63,096 bases of DNA from an uncultured virus (IMG/VR IMGVR_UViG_3300043811_000078) (taxonomy: Duplodnaviria; Heunggongvirae; Uroviricota; Caudoviricetes), in IMG/VR virus record IMGVR_UViG_3300043811_000078; one strand, written 5' to 3'. The translations under genes were made by a program, and so were the position numbers. The notes beneath the pieces are model-generated. The model did no database searches, was not told the origin of the DNA, and saw only the letters and a program-made list of their open reading frames with translations. Each line of letters starts with the position of its first letter. The stretch's first letter is position 1. Positions 1-9,041 of this stretch are shown one piece after another.

Positions 1-1260
1 GAGAACTTTCTGCAGGGAGTCGACGGCACCGCGGATCGCGGCCTCGTTCGGCGCGGACAGGACACGGCCGGCCTTCTTGACTGCGGCGAACGTCTCGATG
101 ACCTTCAGGTCGGCGGGCCGCACGAACCCGGCGGCCTTGGCGATGCCCTCCATCTCCATCGCCCCGCAGTCAGCCTCGGACTGCTCGCCGACGGCGTACG
201 GGGCCAGGACGCTGATGGCGTAGTCGAGGGCGCAGCCCACGTCCTGCAGGTCCCAGGCGTTCTCCTGGTCGTCGGGGTCCGCGCTGGCCGCCTCGAGCAT
301 TTCCCGCTCGGCGAGGAGCCCGATCGCGTACCCGGCCCTGGCCAGGATCGCGGTCCACTTGCAGGCGGTTGCGGCGTCGATGGCCTCCCATGCGGGGGAG
401 CCGGGGTCGGTGGGGTCGCCGGGAACGTCCGGGTCATCCGGCGCGGCGAGCGGCACCGTCGGGTCCAGGCCGTCGATGCCGTCATCTAGCGGGGCGGCGT
501 CGCCTGCGGCGTCCATCAGGTCCTTCGCGACGGCAGTCACGGGCGGCTCCTCTTCCTTGCTCACGGGCTGCTTGAGGCTGCCGTCGGCGTTCCAGTTACC
601 CGGGATCTCGGAGGACTTGCCGAGGGCCTTCGCGCGCTTGATGACATGCCGCCTGATGGCGTCGTGGTCGGCACCGCCGCGACCGACCGCCTTGATAGCG
701 TGATCAAGGTCGGCTTCATCCTTGACCGGGTAGGAGCCGTCATCCATGGCCTCGCCGGAGGCCGCCATCTTCCGCTTGTCGCCGGCGGAGTACTTGGCCT
801 TCACGATCTGCTCGTACTCGGCGACCGCCTTGGCCACGTCGGCGCGGTGCTGCTCCGCGAGCTCGCCGGTGTCCGGGACGGCCTTCACGTAGGCGGTTGC
901 GAGCCGGAAGCCGTCTGCGCCGCCGGCGCCCTCCCGGTCCCTCGCAGCGATCGCGGCCTTGTGGATGAACGAGGCGATGTCTCCCGGGGAGCCGGTCAGG
1001 GTGAGGCCGTTCGGGGTGACGAACCGCTCCCGCTCCCTGGTGGCAGTCGAGTCAGGCACGTAGCCTCCCGTGGTGGTGTCTTGAGGTCCGGACTTGCCGA
1101 TGAGGCTGCGCACGAACTCCGGCTCCAGCAGGCCGACGGAAGCGTCCTGCTTGGCGATGAGGAATCTCATGCCGTTCGCTGCTTTCCCGACGAGGTCCAC
1201 GCGGTCGGGGTGGAAGTCGACAAGCTCGGTGAAGTCGTCCTCGTCAGGCGCGATCGTCAC
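1..1260 (-). CDS. Head scaffold/protease-associated protein (XkdF C-terminal-like segment plus DUF6582-like domain), truncated by the window start
   Basis: Absent from the ORF track because it has no stop in the window. Read by hand from GTG at 1260 (GTGA overlap with the upstream stop): ELVDFHPDRVDLVGKAANGMRFLIAK ... GEAMDDGSYPVKDEADLDHAIKAVGRG ... KAGRVLSAPNEAAIRGA. The frame is open to base 1. Confidence 0.7.
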   Translation of the reverse strand, partial: MTIAPDEDDFTELVDFHPDRVDLVGKAANGMRFLIAKQDASVGLLEPEFVRSLIGKSGPQDTTTGGYVPDSTATRERERFVTPNGLTLTGSPGDIASFIHKAAIAARDREGAGGADGFRLATAYVKAVPDTGELAEQHRADVAKAVAEYEQIVKAKYSAGDKRKMAASGEAMDDGSYPVKDEADLDHAIKAVGRGGADHDAIRRHVIKRAKALGKSSEIPGNWNADGSLKQPVSKEEEPPVTAVAKDLMDAAGDAAPLDDGIDGLDPTVPLAAPDDPDVPGDPTDPGSPAWEAIDAATACKWTAILARAGYAIGLLAEREMLEAASADPDDQENAWDLQDVGCALDYAISVLAPYAVGEQSEADCGAMEMEGIAKAAGFVRPADLKVIETFAAVKKAGRVLSAPNEAAIRGAVDSLQKVL

Positions 1261-1754
1261 GCCGCCTCCCTCGTGATCACGGTGAGCGGGATGAGCGGGC
1301 GGCTTCCCTCGGGGCGCTCCGCGCGGGGGACATCGGCGAGATAGGAGCAGTGCGAGGGCAGGCTGGCTGCCCGTTCTGCGCATGGGGCGCCGCTATACCA
1401 CGGGTAGTTACGGCAGACGGGCGGCCGGGAGTCGTGCGCGCCGCACAATCCGGTCGCCGGGTCGAAGGCGTCACACTTGCATCCGCTGTCGCCGTCCGGG
1501 GTCCAGTGCGCGGCGATGAAGTCGGCGTCCTGCCGCCATGGGCCGGAAGGGTCGGTGCGCCCGATCGCTTTGTCCCGCTCGGCCGCGTCCCAGCCGTGGT
1601 CCAGCCACCATGCCCAGCCGTCGTCCGTGCGCGGGTCGGGGATGCCGGCGGCTTTCATTGCCGCGCCGGACCATGCCGAGACTGTCTCGTGCTCGGCGGC
1701 AGTGAACGGCACCGGGTCGCAGCAAGAGGCGCAGCGAGCGCAGCCGGCGGTCAC
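1257..1754 (-). CDS. YkgJ/CxxCxxCC family cysteine-cluster protein
   Basis: CARCASCC, CDAFDP..LCGAHDSRPPVCRNYP motifs; GTGA overlaps at both ends. Confidence 0.75.
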   Translation of the reverse strand: MTAGCARCASCCDPVPFTAAEHETVSAWSGAAMKAAGIPDPRTDDGWAWWLDHGWDAAERDKAIGRTDPSGPWRQDADFIAAHWTPDGDSGCKCDAFDPATGLCGAHDSRPPVCRNYPWYSGAPCAERAASLPSHCSYLADVPRAERPEGSRPLIPLTVITREAA

Positions 1755-2329
1755 GCCGCCGTCCTGAACTTGCGCCGCCGCGCCACGCCCTGCGGTGACC
1801 AGCCTGTTACGAGCCCGCGCTGGTGCATGTCCCACGCCTTCGGGCTGAGGATGGCACCCAGGAGCCAGTCGCCGGGCTTGGCGACGATCCCGTCACCGAG
1901 ATCCCAGTCCGGGCCGCGGTAGATGTAGGACTCGACCACGGTCGCGAGGCCGTCCTCGTCGGTGCCGTCGAGATGGAACGCCCCGACGCGCGGGCCGTTG
2001 GCCAGGAATTCCCATGCGGCTTTTTCGAGCTCGGCGGCGGTGAAGAAGTCCCGGGCGCCGTCCTGCCCCTTGGCGATGCGAGCATCCCGGCCGGCCTGGT
2101 AGGCGATCCCGAGGACGTACCGCTGCGGTTCAGCGGCCTTGCAGACCATCCGTGCCGAGTCGGGGACGGGCACGCCGGGTGCCGCCTCGGTGTGGATGTC
2201 CTCGCCGAGAGCGCACCCGCACACGCAGTTCCCGGTGCCCGACTGGACGCTCCGGGCGTAGACGTGAGGCTCGGCGTACTCGTTCGGGAACGGGCCGATG
2301 GAGCCCTCGCAGCCGGGGATGCCGTCCAT
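1751..2329 (-). CDS. XkdF-like putative prohead serine protease
   Basis: RYVLGIAY, DFFTAAELEKAAWEFL, GAFH, VVESYI, GDWLLG and TGWSPQG motifs; located downstream of portal/MuF. Confidence 0.75.
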   Translation of the reverse strand: MDGIPGCEGSIGPFPNEYAEPHVYARSVQSGTGNCVCGCALGEDIHTEAAPGVPVPDSARMVCKAAEPQRYVLGIAYQAGRDARIAKGQDGARDFFTAAELEKAAWEFLANGPRVGAFHLDGTDEDGLATVVESYIYRGPDWDLGDGIVAKPGDWLLGAILSPKAWDMHQRGLVTGWSPQGVARRRKFRTAA

Positions 2330-2357
2330 GCGGTCACCCCCTGGCAGAATCGGGCGC

Positions 2358-2717
2358 ATGAGCGAAGAAGACGCGCCGGAGGGTTACAAGCTGCTGCTGG
2401 TGCCGGCGGAGCGCATCGAGCAGACCGAAGCCATGCGCCGCGACGGCAACGCGTACGTGATCCGCGACAAGCACGGCGTCGCCTGCCTGGGGCCGTTCGA
2501 GGTGGTGGGTGAAACGGACTCGGTCGGGCGGATGGTTATGTCCGGACAGGTGTTCGACGGCATCATCGTAAAGCGGGGGCCTGGTGGCCCTGGCAAGCGC
2601 CAGCGCCTGACCTGGAACTTTTCTGCCGACCCGCCGCTGTGGACGTGCTCAAGCTGCGGGAGCGGGCTCGTGGGCGGCATCCTGGCGCATCACGACTCAT
2701 GCACGGAGGTGCGATGA
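2358..2717 (+). CDS. Hypothetical protein (antisense insertion in the head module)
   Basis: ATG 7 nt after a CAGAAT box; C-terminal CxxC; ATGA overlap with the next gene. Confidence 0.55.
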   Translation: MSEEDAPEGYKLLLVPAERIEQTEAMRRDGNAYVIRDKHGVACLGPFEVVGETDSVGRMVMSGQVFDGIIVKRGPGGPGKRQRLTWNFSADPPLWTCSSCGSGLVGGILAHHDSCTEVR

Positions 2718-3157
2718 GCGACGAGCTAGTGACCTGGCTGCGCCGCGAGATCGAGGGCCGGCGCGCACTCGCCTTGAACGCGGTCACGGTCGAGGCGGAT
2801 GTGCATGCCGGGGCGGTCACCGTTCCCGCCGGGCCTCCCGCCGCCTCGTCGGCGTGGCGCGAGCAGTCCAGCGGCGTCCTCGTGACCAGTGAGGGCCGCG
2901 AGGATGATGCCTGGTACGGGACGTGGGCGATGGGCGATTCGCGCCTGACGCGGCTCATCGCGGCGAACGACCCGCGTGACACGATCGCCCGGTGCGAGGC
3001 AGAGCTTGCGATCCTGGACCTGCACGCCAGCAACGATTACGAGCGTTACCCCGAGTGCGTCCACTGTGCCGTCGAGGCGTTCCCGTGCCGTACAGTCCGC
3101 TACCCCGGCTACGGCTACCGGCACCGTCCGGGGTGGCGGGAGGAGTGGAAACCGTGA
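2714..3157 (+). CDS. DUF6221-like actinobacterial phage protein
   Basis: LVTWLR..., DPRDTIARCEAELAILDLH, FPCRTVR..YRHRPGWREEWKP pattern. Confidence 0.7.
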   Translation: MSDELVTWLRREIEGRRALALNAVTVEADVHAGAVTVPAGPPAASSAWREQSSGVLVTSEGREDDAWYGTWAMGDSRLTRLIAANDPRDTIARCEAELAILDLHASNDYERYPECVHCAVEAFPCRTVRYPGYGYRHRPGWREEWKP

Positions 3158-3260
3158 GCCTCCTGTGGGTCCTCAAGGCCTATGCGGGTATGGGTGCCGC
3201 CGCGATCGGATGCATAGCGCTGTGGTGGCTCCTGGCTGCCGTCATGCGATGGTGGGAGTC

Positions 3261-3491
3261 ATGAGCGACGACGAGCCGGTCACCGAGTACAGCCAGAAGG
3301 GGCTGTGCGGCACCCGCCTGTTCGAGCCGGGCATCCCGGTCATGCGCCTGGCCGCCTATGAGATCCCGGTCGCCTCGCACGATCTCTGCTACTGCGGTCC
3401 CGTGCACGGACCGTCTCCGCTGGCCTGCGCTCTGGAGCCGCATCCCGAGGGGACGTGGCACCGGGACGGGCGAGGGACGTGGTTCCGCTAG
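3261..3491 (+). CDS. Small Cys/His hypothetical protein
   Basis: ATG at 3261; C-terminal CALEPHPEGTWHRD; preceded by a 36-aa hydrophobic ORF at 3154-3264. Confidence 0.5.
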   Translation: MSDDEPVTEYSQKGLCGTRLFEPGIPVMRLAAYEIPVASHDLCYCGPVHGPSPLACALEPHPEGTWHRDGRGTWFR

Positions 3492-3507
3492 CCCGGATGG
3501 CGACGGG

Positions 3508-4293
3508 TCATGACGCCGGCACCGTTGCGCACCGGCAGCCATCGTGAGCAGGTTCCGTAAGGTCACCCGACGGGAACGGGTCGCCCACCCGGACAGGCCC
3601 GGCTGCGGCGTTCGCGTCGCAAACGGGACACACTCCGGCGTCCCCCTCCGTGATCCAGGCATGGCGCTCAACCTGCCGGTGCCGGTACCACGCCAGCGCC
3701 GCCGCGCCGATCGCGGTCACGATCTGCCCGAGCGCCCCGGCTGCCGCTTTCACGGTGTCGGCCAGTGCGGTAATCAGCGTCTTGCCGGCCGCCGCCGCGG
3801 ACAGCCCGGCCGCCGCGCCCTCGGCGAGCAGCCGCCCGAGCGTGACCGCGATGCCGTGCGCCATCTGCTGCGCTGCCTGCCCTGCGCCGGCGAGCGCCGC
3901 GGCGAGCTGCGGGCCGATGCCGAGGTTCCCGACCGCCGCCGTCGCCTCGGCCGACGCGCCGGGCTTCCACTTCCCGGCCGCCGGCTTGCCGCCGTCCGTC
4001 ATCACCTGGCCGGAGACCGCGCCGATCAGCCAGCCGTCCGTGATGATGCCGGGCATCAGCGGGGCCAGCGCCGCGGCGAGATCCGGGCCGCTGTTGCCGA
4101 GCCACAAGGCTGCGGCGGCGGTCGCGTCGCGTTTCTTCTGGCCCTGCTGCGGCGGGTTCGCCGCGGCGTAGGCGTCCGCGAGGCGGGTCGCCTGCGCTTC
4201 GGTGAGCGACGCCGACAGGGCTTGCGTGATCTGGCCGCCCCAGTAGTCAGCGGCGGGGAGGTCTAGAGCCCATCCGGGCCACTCGCTTTTGGG
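3508..4293 (-). CDS. MuF-like (Phage_Mu_F) minor head protein, probably entered by -1 frameshift from the portal gene
   Basis: C-terminal WITEGDAGVCPVC...EPAHDGCRC; frame is open from an in-frame TGA at 4300-4302 with no start codon before a TTG at 4107. Confidence 0.75.
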   Translation of the reverse strand, partial: PKSEWPGWALDLPAADYWGGQITQALSASLTEAQATRLADAYAAANPPQQGQKKRDATAAAALWLGNSGPDLAAALAPLMPGIITDGWLIGAVSGQVMTDGGKPAAGKWKPGASAEATAAVGNLGIGPQLAAALAGAGQAAQQMAHGIAVTLGRLLAEGAAAGLSAAAAGKTLITALADTVKAAAGALGQIVTAIGAAALAWYRHRQVERHAWITEGDAGVCPVCDANAAAGPVRVGDPFPSGDLTEPAHDGCRCATVPAS

Positions 4294-6752
4294 GCCGCAT
4301 CAGCCGCCTTGGCAACCTTACCGGTCTGCGCCGCAACACTGTCATCAGGTGAAGCGCAGCCGAGAGCGGCCGTCACGGCGCCGATGCCGGCGAGCAGCTC
4401 GGGCCGTACCGCCGGGTTGCCGGGGATTGTCGCCGGATCCCACCATGCAATGGATTCGGCCTGGTCGCCATCGGGGTCATCCGGGTCCGGGATCATGGTG
4501 CCCGAGCGGACGGGCACCATTGCCTCGCGCTCGATCGTCCACACGATGCCCTGGTAGATACCGGACGTCCACGAGCCGGTCTGCACTCCGGGGGCGCACG
4601 CCGTCCCCGTTTCCTCCTGCCACTCCCGCCACGCGGCGGCCAGCGGCGACTCATCGCCTTCGATGTGGCCGCCCGGGAATTCCCAGGTCCCCGCCGCCGG
4701 GTCGTCGGCACAGAGTGCCCGCTGGAGCATCAGCACGCGGCCGGTGTCCGCGGCGAGGACCGCCAGGCCGGCGACCGCGACTTCACCGGCGTCCTTGCGG
4801 ACGGCCAGCCGGCCGGAATCGTTGAGGTTATGAGCGGCGGTCTTGCCGACGGCGGTGAACGGGAAGTCGCGCCACTCGCGCTCGCGGCGGCGCGCCTGCC
4901 GGTAGGCGCAGAACACGGCGAGCTCGGACTTGGCGACCCGCTCGCGGTCGCCGTCTTCCTCGCCCTCATCGCCCCGGTCAAGGTCGTAGCCGTACAGGCC
5001 GGTCTCCGCCGTGATCCCCGTTGCCGGGGCCGCGCCGTCGCCTTCCTTGGCCACCGGCTTACTGCCGTCGCCGTCGTCCGCGCCTGCCGGCTCGTCCGCC
5101 GGCATCGGCTGGGACGGGGGCATCGGGGGCAGTGCGCCCGGCCCGTACTCTTCCACCGCAAGCGGCGTCCCGAGGACAGGCGGGTTGGAGATGACCCCCT
5201 CAACGTCGCTGAACGCCGTGTCCGGCAGCACCGCATCGGCGGCGGGGGCGGCGGTCTCCGGGTCGATCTTGCCGGCCAGGGCGAGGAACGAGTTGAGCGG
5301 GATCGGGCCGCCGCGTTCGGTAAAGAAGATCCTGCCCACCCTGCGCTGCTCGTCGACGGGGAGGCCGAACCGCATTTCCCTGATCTCGTCCGCGTCCACG
5401 ACGGCGGACTGAATGTAGATCTGGTCCGACTGCGCCTGCACGAGACGGTCATCCTGGTCTTCGCCGCGGTCCCACTCGAATTTAACCGGCACCCGGATGT
5501 CGTCATAAAGGAACTGGCTGAGGATTTCCTCGGTATATTCCATCAGCGGCAGCTCGCCGGCCTTGTGGGCGACGTCTGCCTGGCTTTCCCCGGTGGAGTA
5601 ATTCGAGGAGTCCGTGAATCCCAGGTCTGTCGGGACGACGTGGTAGCCGGCGCAGGTCTTGCGCATCATGAACAGCGAGAACGCGTCAGTGAAATCCCGC
5701 TCGTTAGTCCACGAAATGGAACTCCCGCCGGGCATCCACCTGATCTGGTGTTTCCTCGCCGCGTCTCCGTACATGAAACTGTCCCAGTAGCCCTGGAAAA
5801 GCTCAATCTGATCCGGTGTCCACGATTCCGGCGAGCTTGCGAAAGCCTCCGGGATATTTCCTTCCGTGTATCTCTGAAGGAAGTGGATCTGCGTCCGGAT
5901 GTCCGTGTTGGCATTCAGGATGACAAGCTCGATCGGCGGCTGCCCGTAAATCGAGTCATTGACCGGGCGCATCGGCTCGTAAATGAGGTCGTCGGGTGTC
6001 AGCCAGTTCCAGATCAGCCCGTTGACGATCTGGACGTGGCTTGGCGCCGGGGCCCCGGGCTCGTCGCCCCAGTAATCGAGGAGCGGCGCGAGAGTCGTGC
6101 CGTCAATTGTTTTCAGGCCGGTGCAGCGGCCGGCCCTGTTCCGGAGGCGGAAGAGCGCCCCGGCGTCGTAGGCGAGGACGTCGTACAGCCAGCGCGCCAG
6201 CCAGTTTTTGAAGTGGTGGCGCCCGTCGGGCTTGCGGAGTACCTGCTTGGCCAGCTCGACAGCGCCGGTCACGTCACCGCTGTAGCCGTCGGCGGGGACG
6301 AGCCGGTACTTGACGGACCGCAGCGTGTCGATGCGGTGCCAGATGCACATGCCCGCCACGTCATAGGCCCTGATAAGGCCCCGCAGCGTCTCGAAGCTGA
6401 CCCGCTCGTGGAGCCGCGGGCGGGTCGCCACGTTGACGCTGGCGGGGAAGTCGCGGGTGCGGGGGGTGCGGGAGTACCCGTCGAACGGCGGGAGGGGCGT
6501 ACCCGGGGCGAACGGCGACCCGGGGGTCATCTGCTGGAGCGCCTCGGACGCCTCGATGCCCGGGGGGACTCCGGTGCCGGACATCTTGGCGACGGCTGCC
6601 GAGGGCACGACGACGGGGGCTGCTGCGCCGAGCTGCTGCCGCTGGGCGGCGAGCATCCCGGCGACCTGCTCGGCCGTGTAGGTGACGCCGCCCGGGCCGG
6701 TGTAGGCGGAGGGGCGGATCGCGCCGTGCGGCCGGCCTCGGCGCTTGCCCAT
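4263..6752 (-). CDS. Phage portal protein with C-terminal Nudix hydrolase domain
   Basis: Portal motifs (YGQPPIE, RYTEGNIPEAF, RKTCAGYHVVPTDLGF); Nudix box GHIEGDESPLAAAWREWQEETG; follows TerL. Confidence 0.85.
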   Translation of the reverse strand: MGKRRGRPHGAIRPSAYTGPGGVTYTAEQVAGMLAAQRQQLGAAAPVVVPSAAVAKMSGTGVPPGIEASEALQQMTPGSPFAPGTPLPPFDGYSRTPRTRDFPASVNVATRPRLHERVSFETLRGLIRAYDVAGMCIWHRIDTLRSVKYRLVPADGYSGDVTGAVELAKQVLRKPDGRHHFKNWLARWLYDVLAYDAGALFRLRNRAGRCTGLKTIDGTTLAPLLDYWGDEPGAPAPSHVQIVNGLIWNWLTPDDLIYEPMRPVNDSIYGQPPIELVILNANTDIRTQIHFLQRYTEGNIPEAFASSPESWTPDQIELFQGYWDSFMYGDAARKHQIRWMPGGSSISWTNERDFTDAFSLFMMRKTCAGYHVVPTDLGFTDSSNYSTGESQADVAHKAGELPLMEYTEEILSQFLYDDIRVPVKFEWDRGEDQDDRLVQAQSDQIYIQSAVVDADEIREMRFGLPVDEQRRVGRIFFTERGGPIPLNSFLALAGKIDPETAAPAADAVLPDTAFSDVEGVISNPPVLGTPLAVEEYGPGALPPMPPSQPMPADEPAGADDGDGSKPVAKEGDGAAPATGITAETGLYGYDLDRGDEGEEDGDRERVAKSELAVFCAYRQARRREREWRDFPFTAVGKTAAHNLNDSGRLAVRKDAGEVAVAGLAVLAADTGRVLMLQRALCADDPAAGTWEFPGGHIEGDESPLAAAWREWQEETGTACAPGVQTGSWTSGIYQGIVWTIEREAMVPVRSGTMIPDPDDPDGDQAESIAWWDPATIPGNPAVRPELLAGIGAVTAALGCASPDDSVAAQTGKVAKAADAAPKASGPDGL

Positions 6753-6783
6753 TCGCGCCTCCCCCGGCTGCGAGAACGGGCGG

Positions 6784-7284
6784 GTGAGCGATGAGACGTG
6801 CCGCCACTGCGGGCGCCGCGGCGCTGAGGCCTTCGCCGGGACTGCCGGCCGGAAGCCCGGCGCGCACCTGTGCCACCCGTCTGATGCGTCCCTGCCGGAC
6901 TGCTGCCGGCGGGTGACGGTCTGGGCCGAGCCGCTCGGGGCACTCCAGGTGTTCTTCGGCGACGGCCCGAAGCCTGCGGGCACCGGGAAGATCATCAGCG
7001 CACGGGAGTACGCGGAGGCGTACCGCCGGTGGCGCCAGTCGCTGCCGCATGACCCGGTGTGGAACCTGATCCCCCGGACCGGGCAGGCGGTCCCGTGGGA
7101 GTGCGACTGGCACGGGACGATCGCGACTGTGCTGTGCGCGGAGTGCCGCCGCGAGCATGCCGGGTACCTGGAGCGGGGCATGTGGGCGCCGTCGGTCCCG
7201 CCCCCCGCAGAAGGGCTGAATCAGCTACCGGGGGCGGAAGAGTCAAGGCCCGGGGCGGACGGCGGTCAGTCCTCGCTGCCGTAA
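6784..7284 (+). CDS. Cys-rich hypothetical protein (antisense insertion between terL and portal)
   Basis: GTG at 6784; CRHC, LCHP..DCC and CAEC motifs; GC-rich third codon positions on the + strand. Confidence 0.5.
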   Translation: MSDETCRHCGRRGAEAFAGTAGRKPGAHLCHPSDASLPDCCRRVTVWAEPLGALQVFFGDGPKPAGTGKIISAREYAEAYRRWRQSLPHDPVWNLIPRTGQAVPWECDWHGTIATVLCAECRREHAGYLERGMWAPSVPPPAEGLNQLPGAEESRPGADGGQSSLP

Positions 7285-7391
7285 CAGCAGCCGCAGTTCC
7301 GGTCGCGGCACCGGGAGCACTGGCCGCGATCGCAGAACGGGCAGATGTATTCCGGTGCGGCGGTGGCGTCGCCGTTCAACGGTTCCTCCAT
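7266..7391 (-). CDS. 41-aa Cys-rich peptide
   Basis: ATG directly after the terL TAG; MEEPLNGDATAAPEYICPFCDRGQCSRCRDRNCGCCYGSED. Confidence 0.55.
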   Translation of the reverse strand: MEEPLNGDATAAPEYICPFCDRGQCSRCRDRNCGCCYGSED

Positions 7392-8978
7392 CTACCGGAT
7401 CGCCCTGAACGCCGCGTCCCTGGCCAGCTTCAGCAGCAGCGCCGGGTCCGCGGTCGCGTGCGCCTCGGCGACATGCCTGCACCGTTTCCCGTGCGTCCCG
7501 GCCTGGCAGTCGCACCGTCCGTCGGCGGTCACCGTGTAGTCCCGCTGCCCGTCGCTCGAGCGCACCAGCCATGTGCCTGGCTCCGGTCCGTCCGTCACGG
7601 CCGGGCGGCCGGCAGGCTCCCCGGACTGCGCCGGCTGCGGTTCGCCGGCTGCGGTGATGCCCGGCGTACCGGGCGTTTCCTGCGCCTGGGTGCCCTGCGC
7701 TTCCCCGGCTTTGCGCTTCGCCCATGCCAGCCATGCGTCTGCCCCGAAGTTGCCCGTCAGCTCAGTCACGGCCCACACCAGTGCGTCGAGGCGGTCTGGA
7801 CTCGTCCCGTCCTGCGGAGTCCACGTCGTCATCTGGTCTTCGAGCTTGGCCAGCGCGCCGACGTGGTGGATACGGTGCTTCTCGTAGGCGGCTGACACCG
7901 GCTCGGCGCGCTGCACCTTGCCCCGCGATGCGGTGATGACCTTCACCGGGACCGCGGAGTCAACCTGGCCGATCGTCGAGGCGACCATCGCGCCGCCGTA
8001 GTTGACCTCGGCGATGATCCGGTCCGCCGCGAACTCGCAGAACGCGGCGACCGCCCGCGACGCCCAGCCGTGCGGGGACAGCTTGCACGAGCGGTCCGCC
8101 AGGATGTACACGTCGCCGTCGACACCCAGGCCCGCGACGACGATGCCCTGCTCGTCGCTGTGCGGCCCGTCACCGCCGGAGGGGTCCACCGCGACGACGA
8201 TCCGGCTCATGTCCGGCGGGGCGCCTACCCGGTCGCCGTCGATCATGGCGACGGTCCACAGCGCGCCTTCGACGTCTTCCAGCAGCTCGCCGAGCAGTTC
8301 CTGGCGGCCGATGCGGGTGCCCTCGTAGGCGGTGAGGACTTCCTCGCGGAATGACGGGGCCAGGTTCGCCAGGTTGTCGTACGTGGAGCCGCGCGTGACC
8401 GCCGTCGACTTGCGGCCCAGGATCGTGCGGATCAGGGCGACGGGTTTGGGTGTCGTCGTCGCCACGCACCGCGGGTCGCTCCCGAGCCGGAGTCCCAGCA
8501 TGAGGTTGTTCCATGCCGTGTCCAGCACGTCGCCCTTGCGGGCATCGGTCCACGCCGCGGGCTCGTCACACCACGCGTAATGGTGCTGCGGGCCGCGGAG
8601 CTGGGAGGGGACCTCGGCTGAGTAGGCGTAGGCCGTGGAGCCGTTCGGCCACGTCAGGCGGCGTTTCGTCGACTGGTAGACGGGCGTGTTCTCGCGGGCG
8701 ACCGCGAGGATGCCGGACTCGCCTTCGATCATGACGTCGCGGACGTCGGCGGGGGTGCGGCCGACGAGCGCGATGCGGACTCCGGGGCTGGACTGCGCTT
8801 TCTCGTTGACCCACTCGGCGGCGCTCCGGGTCTTGCCTGCGCCGCGCCCGGCGATGAAAGCCCAGGTAAGCCACTGGCCGTCCGGCGGGAGCTGCTCGGG
8901 CCGGGCGGTGTTCCGCCATTCCGGCAGTACGGGACCGTTCCATCCAGCGGCGGCGGCCTCGAAAGCCATCGCCGTCAC
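7392..8978 (-). CDS. terL: Terminase large subunit (Terminase_6 type) with C-terminal SWIM-like zinc finger
   Basis: Walker A AGRGAGKT, Walker B WCDE, ATTTP motif, nuclease VAVDP...DRLDALVWA. Confidence 0.93.
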   Translation of the reverse strand: MTAMAFEAAAAGWNGPVLPEWRNTARPEQLPPDGQWLTWAFIAGRGAGKTRSAAEWVNEKAQSSPGVRIALVGRTPADVRDVMIEGESGILAVARENTPVYQSTKRRLTWPNGSTAYAYSAEVPSQLRGPQHHYAWCDEPAAWTDARKGDVLDTAWNNLMLGLRLGSDPRCVATTTPKPVALIRTILGRKSTAVTRGSTYDNLANLAPSFREEVLTAYEGTRIGRQELLGELLEDVEGALWTVAMIDGDRVGAPPDMSRIVVAVDPSGGDGPHSDEQGIVVAGLGVDGDVYILADRSCKLSPHGWASRAVAAFCEFAADRIIAEVNYGGAMVASTIGQVDSAVPVKVITASRGKVQRAEPVSAAYEKHRIHHVGALAKLEDQMTTWTPQDGTSPDRLDALVWAVTELTGNFGADAWLAWAKRKAGEAQGTQAQETPGTPGITAAGEPQPAQSGEPAGRPAVTDGPEPGTWLVRSSDGQRDYTVTADGRCDCQAGTHGKRCRHVAEAHATADPALLLKLARDAAFRAIR

Positions 8979-9041
8979 GAGGGACCTCCGCCAGCGTTAC
9001 CGTTCAGTATTCGCGCGGCCCGCGAAAGCGCGGCACCGCGG

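Noticed and set aside
4665..6794. 709-aa plus-strand ORF and similar long antisense ORFs (e.g. 10455-11870, 19226-20731, 46608-48029)
   Set aside because: Shadow frames of motif-bearing genes on the opposite strand, expected in very GC-rich DNA
6753..7181. N-terminal extension of the portal ORF given in the track (start 7181)
   Set aside because: It overlaps a plausible plus-strand gene; ATG at 6752 has a GGAGG ribosome-binding site
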